A stretch of DNA of 64,000 nucleotides from the human T2T-CHM13v2.0 reference genome, Homo sapiens, in NCBI RefSeq assembly GCF_009914755.1, contig NC_060940.1; one strand, written 5' to 3'. This document shows positions 1 through 35,910 of this stretch, in pieces. A program made the position numbers and the translations under genes. Under the pieces are notes generated by a model. The model saw only the letters and a list, made by a program, of their open reading frames with translations, was not told where the DNA came from and ran no database searches. The first letter of the stretch is position 1. Every line of letters starts with the position of its first letter.

Positions 1-243
<243 letters not shown>

Positions 244-602
244 TGATTAGAGGTGTGAGCAATCCCAAGCCTGTTGTTTTGAGTGATGTGAAATAGCAGG
301 TTGTCTCATACCTCAGTGCCTCTGCTTAGGAATGTGACCGTTTCGTCCTGCATGAAATCCTCTGTTCAGAGCTGAAATGGGGCTGAGTAAAATTCAGCTC
401 CTGCTCTCCTCCCCAAGTCTTCGGCCTTGGGGGGCAGAGTTGGGCGGGGGGTGGGTTTCTGCCTGGAGGAAGGGATGCCTTTTCCTAATTTGCACAAAGA
501 TGTGCAGCAGGCTAGAGGTGGGGCCTGGGTCTGGCCCCAGCCATCTCTCACCATCCCTCCACCCTGTTCCCCAGGCCAGAGTGCTCCTGAGGGGAGGGCC
601 TT

Positions 603-661
603 GCCTGCTCTTCCTCCCTTGCCCTTCTACACGCCTGCTCTTCCTCCCTTGCCCTTCTACA
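603..661. repeat. 30-bp tandem duplication (2 copies)
   Basis: GCCTGCTCTTCCTCCCTTGCCCTTCTACA occurs at 603 and again at 633. Confidence 0.9.
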
Positions 662-953
662 GGGACCCAGCTAGGGCAGTGGCACACGTCTGTGGTCCCA
701 GCGCTTTGGGAGGCTGAGGTGGGAGAACTGCTTGAGGCCAGGAGTTCGAGGTTAGAGTGAGCTATGATTGCACCATTGCACTCAAGAAGCCTGGGCAACA
801 GAACGAGGTCCTGTCTCTAAAATATAAATACATACAAGAACCCAGCTAAAGTGCCTGGCCAGGACAGGCTCTGGGTCAAGCTTGCTCTCTTCTGTTCGTA
901 CAGTTTTTGTACTGAGAAATGCTTCATTCGTTCAGTTGAAATGTCAACTCCTC

Positions 954-2544
<1,591 letters not shown>

Positions 2545-2879
2545 TCAACTCCTCAGTGAAGGCTGACCCACCCTACTCACTGCAAAAGTAATCACTCTTC
2601 CCCTGTGGCAGGTCTTACCCTGTATAATACCCTCCTCAGCTACCATGCTGTGGTGCATTGTAGGAGTCAGTTTGCTTTTAAATTGGTCATTATATGCACA
2701 TAGTGAAAAATTAAAATATAAAAGGATCTAGGAAAAGTGAATTTCCTTCAATCCTTGACCCCAAGTTCCCCAGATTCCTTCCTCAGAAATAGGCTATGAC
2801 TTGTTTTTCTTCTTCCAGAGATATTTTATGCATAAGTAAACACATATATATATATATCCCTAACTGTTCTCCTTCTCTT

Positions 2880-8020
<5,141 letters not shown>

Positions 8021-9645
8021 CTTTATTATTAAATGTTAACTTCATCTGCTTTGTACACGAATGCATACCCAGTGCCCAGAACAGTGCCTGGAACATACTA
8101 GGTGCTAAATAAATATTTGTGACTTAATGCATGAATAAGGGTGGACTTCCTTTCTTTTGCTCTCACTGGAGAGTTGAACTCTCCTTCCAAAGGCGGTGGG
8201 GTGGATATTGGCATATTCAGGGCCTTTAGGGCTGAAGTCAAGGGCTTAGTGGGGCTTAATTTGTGGGCGGGCCCAGGGCATGGCCCTCATTGTTTCTCTA
8301 GAAAGACGTGTCCAACCCTCAAAGGACCTTCTGAAATCCCGCTGAAAGGTTAAGTTGGGAAGGAAAACCTGCATGCCTATGTATCAGGAATTAACGTCTT
8401 TTGTCTTGTTTTATTCAGTAGTTTCAAATTGCCTTCTCCAGGCAAGGCTGATGAAAGTGCAAGTTGCAAGTTAATTTGAATGTTTCTTTTTGCTTTTGCT
8501 CTCACAGGAAGTGAAAAGGCGACCAAACACTCTAGCATTCATGCCACCAAAAAGAGGAGTGTTTTGCAGTTACAAGACCTGGATTCGAATCACGACTCCT
8601 CTTAGCTGCCCTGTAATCAGGCACAATTACTTGGGTCTCTGAGTCTCACTTTCCTTATCTAGAAAACGGAGGTATCTTTACTTCCTTCGTAAGACTGATG
8701 ACAAGGAAATTATCTGTGCATTTTGAAACCACTTAAGCCTTGTACACGTTTTATTTCTGGGATCGCCCTGGTAGGGCTTCAGAAAAATAAAAAGGAGGTC
8801 CCTGAGAAAAGGCTGGGTACCGTACATCTGAGGTCAACCCTCTCTGGTCCCAAGGATGGCCTGGGCTGTTCCGCCCCGTGGCTCCCCAGGGGCAAAGCCA
8901 TGAGGATCCGGGTGAGAGCCCAGTGCTGGACGAGCCCGGGGCCCAGGGGTCCCGGCCGAAATCCCTGCTGTCTTTCAGGTCAAACGTCATAATCCCCGAA
9001 CCCCAGAAAGGCCGAAAGGCAAGGCAACCCCGAAAGACGACGAAGTCAACCTCAGGGCGCAGGAGAGGGAGGGCCAGTGTGCTGCCGACGAGGGAGGCTG
9101 GAGCCGCGGGGACGAGGCGCCCCATACAGCGGCAAGAGGGTGGAGGGCAGGAGCTCGCCATCCTGGGTGAAAGCGGGGCCCAGCGAAGGGGCCCGGCCAC
9201 AGGAATCTCGGTTCCACCCCGCTACTCCCGGCTGTGACTCCAGTTTCGTCCCCAGCCGCCGGGACCGCCCCCTCGCCCCGCCCCCAGCGGGCACTCAGGC
9301 CGTACCACTGTGCCTTCATGGGGGTGGAGATAGATCGTGGGCTAGTCCTGCCGAGGAGAGAGGGGTTCTTCCTCAAAAAATATGATTATGTATAGTATTC
9401 GCATGATTCTAGTTAACTTGTTTCCCTTCTGCCTGCTCGGACCCTCTACCTGCCCTACGAAGGGGGCGGAGTGCGTTCCTGCCTCCCCCTGCTCTTCCGC
9501 GTTTGGTGCGCGCCTGCGCGGTGCGTAGGCGGCGGAGCGTACTTAAGCTTCGACGCAGGAGGCGGGGCTGCTCAGTCCTCCAGGCGTCGGTGCTCAGCGG
9601 TGTTGGAACTTCGTTGCTTGCTTGCCTGTGCGCGCGTGCGCGGAC

Positions 9646-20859
<11,214 letters not shown>

Positions 20860-21001
20860 TTAGCCTGGCTCCCCAGGTTCTGGAACAGCTTTTTGTCCTG
20901 TACCCAGTGTTACCCTCGTTATTTTGTAACCTTCCAATTCCTGATCACCCAAGGGTTTTTTTGTGTCGGACTATGTAATTGTAACTATACCTCTGGTTCC
21001 C

Positions 21002-21007
21002 ATTAAA
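21002..21007 (+). terminator. FUS: FUS proximal polyadenylation signal (ATTAAA)
   Basis: ATTAAA ~143 nt after the stop, followed by U-rich sequence (TTTTGTTCCTCTT). Confidence 0.75.
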
Positions 21008-24000
21008 AGTGACCATTTTAGTTAAATTTTGTTCCTCTTCCCCCTTTTCACTTTCCTGGAAGATCGATGTCCCGATCAGGAAGGTAGAGAGTTTTCCTGT
21101 TCAGATTACCCTGCCCAGCAGGAACTGGAATACAGTGTTCGGGGAGAAGGCCAAATGATATCCTTGAGAGCAGAGATTAAACTTTTCTGTCATGGGGAAA
21201 GTTGGTGTATAAATGAGAAATGAAGAACATGGGATGTCATGAGTGTTGGCCTAAATTTGCCCAGCTATGGGGAATTTTTCCTTTACCACATTTATTTGCA
21301 TACTGGTCTTAGTTTATTTGCAGCAGTTTATCCCTTTTTAAGAACTCTTTGATCTTTTGGCCCTTTTAATGGTGAGGCTCAAACAAACTACATTTAAATG
21401 GGGCAGTATTCAGATTTGACCATGGTGGAGAGCGCTTAGCCACTCTGGGTCTTTCACAGGAAGGAGAGTAACTGAGTGCTGCAGGAGTTTGTGGAGTGGA
21501 GTCAGGATCTAGGAGGTGAGTGACTCCCTTCCTAGCTGCCCTGGTGAACAGCGCTTGGGTAGATACCTGCTATAAGGAGACTGGTCTGGCTGGGTTACTT
21601 TCACATCCTGCCTGTACTCAGAGGGCTTCAGGTCATTGACATTATGAGATTTTAGGCTTGATCCCTTTTTGATTGGAGGGTGGAAGGCCCTCCTAAGGGA
21701 ATGATAAGTGATAAGAGGGGGAAGGGGTTGCAGCCAATGAGTTAAAACCTTAGAGCAGTGCTCCTCAGCCTCTTACCATGTGGTTGTAAACTTGCACGTA
21801 CCTGCCAACCAGTTATTTAGCATGCTTTTTATTTTAGTTACACAGAGCGTAACATTAACCCAAGAGCAGAAAGGTTTTATTTACAGGGTTTTCGAACTTG
21901 GTTTGTAAGACAGCTGCCATCACAAGCATAGCTTACAAATGTGCTGGGGACCCCTAATTGGGAAGTGCTTTCCTCTCAAATTTTTATTTTTTATTTTTAG
22001 AGACAGAGTCTTGCTCTGTCATCCAGGCTGGAGTGCAGTGGCGTGATCTCGGCTCACTGTAGCCTCTGCCTCCTGAGTTTAAGCGATTCTCCTGCCTCAG
22101 GAGAATCCCAGCTTCTGAGTAGCTGAGACTACAGGCGTGGGCCACCATGCCCACCTAGTTTTTGCATTTTTAGTGGAGGTGTGGTTTCACTGTGTTGGCC
22201 AGGCTGGTCTCTTAACTCCTGACCTCAGGTGATCCACCTGCCTTGGCCTCCCAAAGTGCTGGAATTACAGGCATGAGCCGCTGCATCTGGCCATCCTCTC
22301 AAATTTTCAAGTGTTCCACAAGTATGTTCTCTACCGAAGAGTTGCTGCATCCTTGAATCTTGGGTGATTTGAGGCACAGAAACTATGACTTTATTTTTTG
22401 AGATGGAGTTTTGCTCTTGTTGCCCAGGCTGGAGTGCAATGGCACGTTTTTCGGCTTACCGCAACTGCCGCCTCCTGGGTTCAAGCGATAGCTGGGATTA
22501 CAGGCATGCGCCACCATGCCCAGCTAATTTATTTGTATTTTTAGTAGAGACGGGGTTTCTCCATGTTGGTCAGGCTGGTCTCGAACTCCCGACCTCAGGT
22601 GATGTGCACACCTCAGCCTCCCAATAAACCATGACTTTTAAGAGGAATAGCAGGTTTACTTCCCCTGCCAGCATTGGGGTGCTCTCTAAGCAACAGTAGG
22701 CGGAGAGTGGTCTGGCGTATTAAAAACAAAGGATCGTCAAGTGGGCCTTCCCAGGCATTGCTTTGACTTAGTACATGTAGAGGATGTGGCAGTTCTCTCC
22801 GTCCCTGCCACTGCTGGTTTCTTTGTTAAATGTTTAGTTGAAATGGCCTGATACGATATTTGAGTAGTTCACTGTTGGTGCTTTGCCTAGCAGGATTCTA
22901 ATCTTGCTTTGGTTGTGGTCCCCTGATGCCCTCCTGTTAGGAGTGGAGGAGGTCGAAGCTCCTTGTAAGATATGATTACTGGGACCATTAGTGTCAAGTT
23001 CCTGTGTCCTTCAAATGGCATATGTGATTGGCCTTGACCTTAAAAGGAAATAGGGTCCCAGGTGACTGTTTAGTGGGTAGGTCCAGTTTGGGGGGATCTT
23101 CCAGGAGAATGGATAGAGACACCTAGCAGCAGAGAGAACATTGGTGCCTCTCAAGCCAACCTCCCACCTCAGCCTCCCAAGTAGCTGGGACTACAGGTGC
23201 TTCCTCGCTACCACACCTGGGTAATTTTTTTTTTAATTACTTTTTTTTTTTTAAGAAACAGGGTTTCACTGGGTTGCCCAGGCTGGTCTTGAACTGGCCT
23301 CAAGTGACCTGCCTGCCTCAGCCTCCCAAAGTGCTGGGATCACAGGTGTGACCCACTGCGTTTGGCCAGAATACTCTATTCTTACTGAATGATTGAAATC
23401 TGTCTTGAAGCATTAGGTGTCCCATTTTTGTGAGTTGGAATTGGGACAGGCTAAGTAGGAAGTGAGGAGGGTGGGGAGAGCTGTGCTGTAGGTCTGTTTG
23501 TCCCTTCCTTGATGTAGCCTTCAGTTAGCCCTTTCAGCTTTTTTCCCCATCTTGTGCCGGGCCTTCCTGGGTTTCAGTACTTGGATGTAGGGCTGCAGTT
23601 ATGTCAGTGGTGGGTAGATTGACCAGGAATTAAGGTCTAGGGTCCAGCCCATGTGAGACTTGACTCACTGATCTACCTTTAGGCATGTCTTCCTTCCAGT
23701 CTCATCCTTTTTAAATTTTTTTTTTTTTTTTGAGACGGTCTCACTCTCACCCAGGCTGGATTGCAGTGGTGTGATCTCGACCAACTGCAACCTCTGCCTC
23801 CCACCCGCAAGCTATCTGCCCACCTCAGCCTCTGGAGTAGCTGGGACGGGACTACAGGCACCTGCCACCATGACTGGCTAATTTTTTTTTGTATTTTTTG
23901 TGGAGATGGGGTCTTGCCATGTTGCTCAGGCTGGTCTGGTCTCAAAACTGCTCTGGGCTCAAGTGATTGTCCCACTTTGGCCTCCCAGAGTGCTGGGATT

Positions 24001-24250
24001 AAGGTGTGAGATACTGTGTCCGGCTATGAAAATTTTATTTTTAATTAACTTGTATATATTTATGGGGTACAATGTCCTATTTCTGTACATGTACACATTG
24101 TGGAATCAAATCAGGCTAATATATCCATCACTTCATATCATTAGCATGAATGAGAACATACAAAGCCACTCTTAGAAAATTTTGAAATTTATGTTATTTC
24201 AGCCCTTTTATGCTGGAGGTTGCAAATGTTTTGTGAATAATCAGACCAAA

Positions 24251-24256
24251 AATAAA
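24251..24256 (+). terminator. FUS: Candidate distal poly(A) signal for the long FUS 3'UTR
   Basis: AATAAA followed by GU-rich TAGTGTGTTCT. Position fits a long-3'UTR isoform. Another AATAAA lies at 22623-22628. Confidence 0.5.
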
Positions 24257-24856
24257 AACAAAAAATGATTGACTTCAGTCATTCAGTAAGAATAGTGTGT
24301 TCTGGCCGAGTGTGGTGGGTCACACCTGTAATGGAGCACTAGGCGTAAATGGGTTGAAACGGGTCTCCCTATGTTGCTCAGGCTGGACTTGAACTCCTGG
24401 GCTTAAGTGATCTTCTTGCCCTTAGCCTCTCAGCTGGGACTATGGATGCATGCCACTGTGTCTCACGTTTTTATGAACTGTAGTCACCATGCTGTGCAGT
24501 GGCTTACCAGAACTCATTTCTTGCATCTGAAGTGTTGTACCCTTTGTCTCCCTGCTTACCCATACCTCCAAGCCTCTGGTAACCCCCATTCTACTTTCAG
24601 TTTCCGAGTTTGACTTTCTAGATTCCGTGTATAAGTTCATGCAGTCTTTCTGTGGCTTATTTTAGCATAATGTCTTCTAGATTTATCGATTCACCCATGT
24701 TACAAATAACGGTTTCCTTTTAAAAAGCTGAATAGCATTCTGTTGTGTCTACATACCACATTTAAAAATCCATCCGTTAATTGGGCACTTGGGTTGCTTG
24801 CATATCTTGGCTAGTGTGAATAACGCTGCATTGGGTGGGAGTGCAGACATCTCTGA

Positions 24857-25171
<315 letters not shown>

Positions 25172-26136
25172 TGACTTAGAAGAATATTTCTACAATTGTG
25201 TTCACCTTCTTATGCAAATACAATCTTCAGTGGCGCTGGCATATACAAGCTGAGAAAGTATTGTCAAGTGGGTTGTGCCAGCACATCTGACCAGGATTTT
25301 TTGTTGTAGAAATATTGGATCCTCACCTGAGGCCAGGAGTTTGAGACCAGCCTGGCTAACATGGTGAAACTCCGACTCTACTAAAAATACAAAAATTAGC
25401 TGGGCGTGGTGGCAGGTGCCTGCAGTCCCAGCTGCTCGGGAGGTTGAGGCAGGAGAATCGCTTGAACCCAGGAGGCGGAGGTTGCGGTGAGCCGAGATCG
25501 CGCCGCTGCACTCTAGCCTGGGCAATGAAGTGAGACTCTGTCTCAAAAAACGAAGTATTAGATCCTCAATCTCAAGGTATTCTAAGAAATTTTGGAGACC
25601 ATTGAGTCTAAAATTCCCAGTATCTTTGAGGCAGGAACAGACTTGGAGAATGTAGTTTATGAGCAGGAGTTTGGAGCTGGAAGAAATACTGCTTTCTGTT
25701 GGTGGTTAATGCTGTCAGCTCCTTGGATTGTGGCTTTAGCCCTAAATATTGGGGCAGTAGAGACTCTTACCTGGAAAACAATTGAGGGCCACCCATGTTA
25801 GCGGCAAGAGGCAGAGGAAAGCTTGGATGGTTGGGCTGAAGATGGTGGATGTGCTGTCCCTGTGAGAGTGCTGATGCTGGACTCTGGAGCCAACGACAAA
25901 GTGTTTGAGCAAGCAGGGTCCAAGCAAGGGCAGTCGAGGGCCGGATGAAGTGGGCAGGAACCGAGTTTCCCAGGTGACATCCTGCCTGTGCTCATCACGC
26001 CGAGGGGTGTTGCACAATCACACCGATTCTTTGTCACTACTGAGTGCAGTGTTCTTAAGAATGGGGACCTGGCAGCTGGGTGCGATGGCTTGTGCCTGTA
26101 ATCCCAACACTTTGGGAGGCTGAAGTAGGCAGATCA

Positions 26137-26379
<243 letters not shown>

Positions 26380-26912
26380 CTAGGCTTGTTGTGCTTGTTT
26401 TTTGGTTTTGATTTTCCAGAGTTTGAGGGAAAGTTGACCCATCCTGTTTATTGTGCCCTTGAGGAGGAAACAAGGCAAATCCCTACTCTTGTGGGCAGGG
26501 GTGCGCAAACCTGTCAGTCTGAGATGGCTAGAACCACATCCTCTATAACTTGAGGGGGATAATCTATCTATCTATCTATCTATACCTATATATATACACA
26601 CACACACACAGATTAAAAAAAATATATATATATACAGAGGAATCCTCCCTTACCTATGGTTTCATCTTACACAGTTTCAGTACAGTATAATAATCTCCTG
26701 TGCTTAATTTATAAATTGAACTTTATAATTTGTCAACATATGGATTCTAGCTCAGTAGGTCCAGGTGGGGCTCAAGATACGCATTTCAGGCCAGGTGCGG
26801 TGGCTCATTCCTGTAATCCCAGCACTTTGGGAGGCCGAGGTGGGAGGATCACTTGAGCCCAGGAGTTGAGACTAACCTGGGTAACAGCAACATTTTGTCT
26901 ACCAGAATTTTA

Positions 26913-27350
<438 letters not shown>

Positions 27351-29121
27351 TCAACACCTCTCAGAGTAACGTTCTAGAGTTTGGCAGAGTCAAATTATTT
27401 CTGAAGGGGAACTTTGTACAAAACTTTCATCTTTCTCCCTCTCTCACCCCCCTGTTTTATTTTTTTGAGACAGGGTCTTGCTCTGTGGCCCAAGCTGGAG
27501 TGCAGTAGCATGATCACAGCTCACTGCAACCTCCAATTCCTGGGCTCAAGTAATTCTCCCACCTCAGCCACGGTGGCTCGGACTACAGGCATGAACCACC
27601 ATGTCCAGCTAATTTTAAAAATTATTTTGTGGAGATGAGGTCTCACTGTGTTGTTCAGGCTGGTCTTAAACTCTTGAGCTCAAGCAATCCTCTCTGCTCG
27701 GCGTCCCTAAGTGCTAGGATTATATTTCTATATAAAATGCTGGCTAGGAGCTAAGGAAAAGGAAGACAGGGCCCTGCGTGTGGGTTTTTGTAATTAGCAG
27801 AGGCCCAGTCAACACTGGCTTCTGTTCTGTTTTTTTTTTTTTAAGTCTTGTGAAGCTTAAATGGGAGGTTTGAGCAAAAAAGAGGATGCTGTCCTCTTTG
27901 TGGGATTTTTGCTGGTGTGGGGAGATCTGGACCATCATGGAGGGAGTTCTCAGCACAGGGATGGGATTTGGTTCCTGCAGGGCCTCAGAGAAGCATGGGA
28001 AAGCCCTTCAGGTGTTAGGGGAAGGTGATTTTGAGTTGTTCCTTCACTTTGTTGAATGTCTCTGAAATCCAGTTCTGGGGCTTGGCAGGAATGTTGCCGC
28101 TTGCAGTGGCTGCCGTTCAGCTTATCTGGGATGTGTCCCAAGATGCTGGAGTTGTCTGGGGCCATCCAGACTGGGGCTGGGATTTCCACACCCATGGAGC
28201 CACGACTAGGACTGGGAGTGACAGAACGAGTTTGGGGGTGCTGCCAGAGGGGCACTCTAGATTGTTCTTGGGATAGCACAGGTTCCCAGATACAGTTCTA
28301 AGCCATTGAGGGGCTAGGAGCAGAATCGTCTTAGTGGAGGTGATTGCTAACTCTGAGGTGTACTTGCCATGAGCCAGTTGCTGTTAGGGGATGAGCTGAT
28401 TCCTGTCACTCCCACTTTAGAGGGGATGCTGACACAGCTAGTGAGAGGTGGGGCAGGGACTTGAACCTCTATTCTTTAGCTATAGAACTTCTGTCCTTAA
28501 CCACTATGCTATGCCTAAAATCTGAGGAGACTTCTGGTAGGACTCTTTCTCCCACAGCCCAAAGGAAAAAGGAAGCCCCAAGAAATGTTTTATCTTAGGG
28601 AAACTTTCTTGGAACCACTTCCTTCCCTCAGGCCTGCACTGGTTTTTGTAGTGACTCTAAGGATGTCTGTCATGCAAGGATGTGTTACCTATGGCCCCAT
28701 GTCAGGAGAATGATTAGGTTCCTGTGAAGTTTAAAAAAAATCCTGTTAGATACTAGAGATACACAGTAACTGCCATATATTACTTTCTACATGCAAGGCA
28801 CTTGTACAGAGGTTGAAAAGATGTCTCCATTTAAGCGTCCATTTAAGCAGGGGAGTGGTGGAGTCTTCTGTGAAGGTAGACCAGCACATGGTTTGCATTG
28901 CCACAGAGACACTGGGAAGAGCCTCTGAAACCCAGAGGAACGCATGCGTATGGGCAGTCTGGGGCAGGTAGAAGATGTCAAGGTGTCCAGAGATAAAGGG
29001 GTCAGCATGTGCAAGGGCACCTGGTATGAGCAGATAGTGGTGGGATCGTGGGTATGTGAGGAGAGGAGAGGTTGCATGGGGTTAAGTGCCAGGTTAGGAG
29101 GAGAGTTTAGGTGTCCTGTTA

Positions 29122-29277
<156 letters not shown>

Positions 29278-29546
29278 TCAAAAAAAGTGAGAGTCTGTTC
29301 CCATGATCAGTTTGGATTTCTCAGGCTCTTGGAGCTAGAGGCAGGGAGGACAAGGTAGGAGGTGTGTTGCAGATAAGATGTAATTAGAGATAAGCCTGGT
29401 GGGGCAGTGAGGTTGGAAAGTGGTTGTTTGGTGATTCCTAAGGATAGGATTCAGGGTCTCCTTGGTATCTGCCCATTGCTTTGCAAATCCTCCCTCTTCA
29501 AGGCCAGAAAGGATTGCTTGTAAAGTGTACTTAGGAAGTAGCCCTA

Positions 29547-30497
<951 letters not shown>

Positions 30498-30923
30498 CTA
30501 TGTTTAGATAATGCTCTAATGTGTCTCCCCCTGCAAATTTCTCTAATTCTGCATTTTTCTCCAGTGGAAAATGTGGAAGGTAGGGGAGCTATGAAGACTA
30601 GTGTGTTTCTAAATGGCTTGGACAGAGCTGCCCACCAGTTTGCGCCCTTTGGTACATGCCTCTTTTAACCTTCGGACCTGGGTCACAGGCTGTTATCTAT
30701 AATGGTAAGGTTAGACCCTTTAGGGAGCACTGGAGGAGCACCACCTGGTGAATGAGGAGGGATATTCCATGGCGATACCAGGAAGGATGGGGGAAGCATT
30801 TGGGGTGCCAGAGACCCTAGGGACATGGAGCTGGAGGCTGGGTGGCCTCTGAAGCATAGCTGAGCTCTGCACATGCCAGCAGGCTAGAAGCAGGAAAACA
30901 CACAAGTTCAAGCTGGCTTTTCG

Positions 30924-30929
30924 TATATT
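30924..30929 (-). terminator. PYCARD: PYCARD non-canonical poly(A) signal AATATA
   Basis: No AATAAA directly after the stop. On the minus strand AATATA is followed ~25 nt later by GU-rich TTGTGTGTTTT. Confidence 0.55.
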
Positions 30930-31005
30930 GTGTATAAAAAGATCAGATTCAGGATGATTTGGTGGGATTGCCAGGGGCTGACCGGAGTGTTGCTGGGAAG
31001 GAGCC

Positions 31006-32875
<1,870 letters not shown>

Positions 32876-33032
32876 GTTCTTTGTTTGAATCCTGACTCTA
32901 CTTCCCAAGGGGGATATTTGGAATCCTTTATTTTTCCCTCTCATCTGGGTTGTAACAATCACTGTTCCTTGTAGTCATACGACCCTGACATATTATACGT
33001 TTATATGCTTATTGGACATTCATCCCTCTCTA

Positions 33033-33287
<255 letters not shown>

Positions 33288-33523
33288 TTAGGTGCTGAGT
33301 AAAGATTTGCTGAGTGAAGGAATGAATGAGGCTGTGATGCCTGCAGCATGTTGTATTCAAAAGCTTCCAGCATGGCTGGGTGCAGTGGCTCATCACGCAT
33401 GTCATCTCAGTGCTTTGGGAGGCTGAGGCCGGAGGGTCACTTGAGCCCAGGAGGTTGAGGGTGCAGTGAGCTATGATTGTGCCACTGCACTCTGTGCCAC
33501 TCGGCAACAGACACCTTGTCTCA

Positions 33524-33872
<349 letters not shown>

Positions 33873-34987
33873 CTACCCTGCTGAAAGCCTTTTTGTTGTT
33901 GTTGTTGTTGTTGTTTGTTTTTTCTTTTGAAGACAGGACCTCACTCTGTTGCCCAGGCTGGAGTACACCGGAGGGATTGTGGCTCACTGCAGCCTTGAAC
34001 TCCTGGGCTCAAGCAATTCTCTCACCTCGGCCTCCTGAGTACCTGCGACTACAGTTGTGCCACCATGCCTGGCTAGTTTTTAAAATTTTTATAGAGAATG
34101 GGTTTCCCTATGTTGTTCAGGCTGGTCTCAAAGTCCTGGGCTCAGCAGTCCTCCTGCCTTGGCCTCCCAACATGCTAGGATTACAGGTGTGAGCCACTGT
34201 GCCTGGCCTTGCTCCCCATCCTTGTAGCATGTGGGCTGGGGTAAGCTGTGTGCCAACATCCTCACCATGGGTGGCACTTGTGGTCCAACAGCCAGTGTTC
34301 CTTGGCTCATGGATGTTTATCATGCCTTCTCACTGGCCTTTATCCTTCCAGAATCTCCATTTCCTTTTGTGCACTGTGGCCAGAAGGATACATCTTCCTA
34401 ACCCACACATATGATCCTGCACCTGCCTGGCTCAGAGACCCCCTCATGACTCCCCAGTGCCCTCAAACTCAAGTCCCAAGCCCTTGGCTTGGCCTTCAAG
34501 GTCCTTGCCAACCTCTTCAGCTGCCCCTTCCAGCTTGCTGATCCGTGAACCTCCGCCCCTGTGGGAGCTGCTCTCTGCTTGGCCTCTTTTTCCTCCTGGT
34601 CTACTTGGTGAGTTCCCGCCTGTCTTCTGACGTTCATCAGGCATCACTTTTTCTTTTCTGCTTTTATTTTAGAGATGAGGTCTCACTCTGTTGCCCAAGC
34701 TGGAGTGCAGTGCGCAATCATAGCTCATTGTAGCCTCGAACTCCTGGGTTCCAGCGATCCTCCCACCTCAGCTTCCTGTGTAGCTGGAACTACGGGTGCA
34801 TGCCACCATGCTCAGCTAATTTTTTAATTTTTTTGTAGAGATGGGGTCTGGCTATGTTGCCCAGGCTGATCTCCAACACCTGGGCTCAGCGATCCTCCTG
34901 CCTTGGCCTCCCAAAGCACTGGGATTACAGGTGTGAGCCAACACACCCAACCTAGGAGTCACCTCTTCTAATAAATAATAGAAATAA

Positions 34988-35299
<312 letters not shown>

Positions 35300-35365
35300 T
35301 GATCTGCTCGCCTCTGCCTCCCAAATTAGTGGGATTACAGGCATGAGCCACCACACTCGGCCTCT

Positions 35366-35369
35366 CTTT

Positions 35370-35429
<60 letters not shown>

Positions 35430-35910
35430 TTTCTTTCTTTCCTTTCTTTCTTTCTTTCCCTTTCTTCCTTCCTTCCTTCCCTCCCTTCCTCCCTCCCTCC
35501 CCTCCTCTTTCTTTCTTCTTTCTCTCTTTCTATCTCCTCTTTATTTCCTTCCTTCCTTCCTTCTTTCCTTCCTTTCTGTCTCTTTCTTTCTCTTTCTTTC
35601 CTTCCTTCCTTCTCTCCCTTCCTCCCCCCTCCTTTCCTTCTTTCCTTCCTTCCTCCCTTCCCTTTCCTTCCTTCCTCTCTTTCTTCTTTCCTCTCTTTCT
35701 TTTCTTTTCCTTCCTTTCTTCCTTCCTTCTCTCCCTCCCTCCCTCCCCCTCTCCCTCCCTTGCTCCCTCCCTCCCTCCCTTCCTTCCTCCTTCTTCTTTC
35801 TTTCTTTCTTCTTTCCTCTCTTTCTTTCCTTTCCCTCCCTCCCTCCCTTCTTCCCTTCCTTCCTTTCTTTTCTTTTTCTTTTTCTCTCTCTTTTTTTTTT
35901 TATTTTTTTG
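35366..35910. repeat. ~545-bp polypyrimidine (TTTC/TTCC/CTCC) low-complexity tract
   Basis: Almost purely C/T on the + strand, starting with (TTTC)n. Adjoins the T-tail of a minus-strand Alu. Confidence 0.95.
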
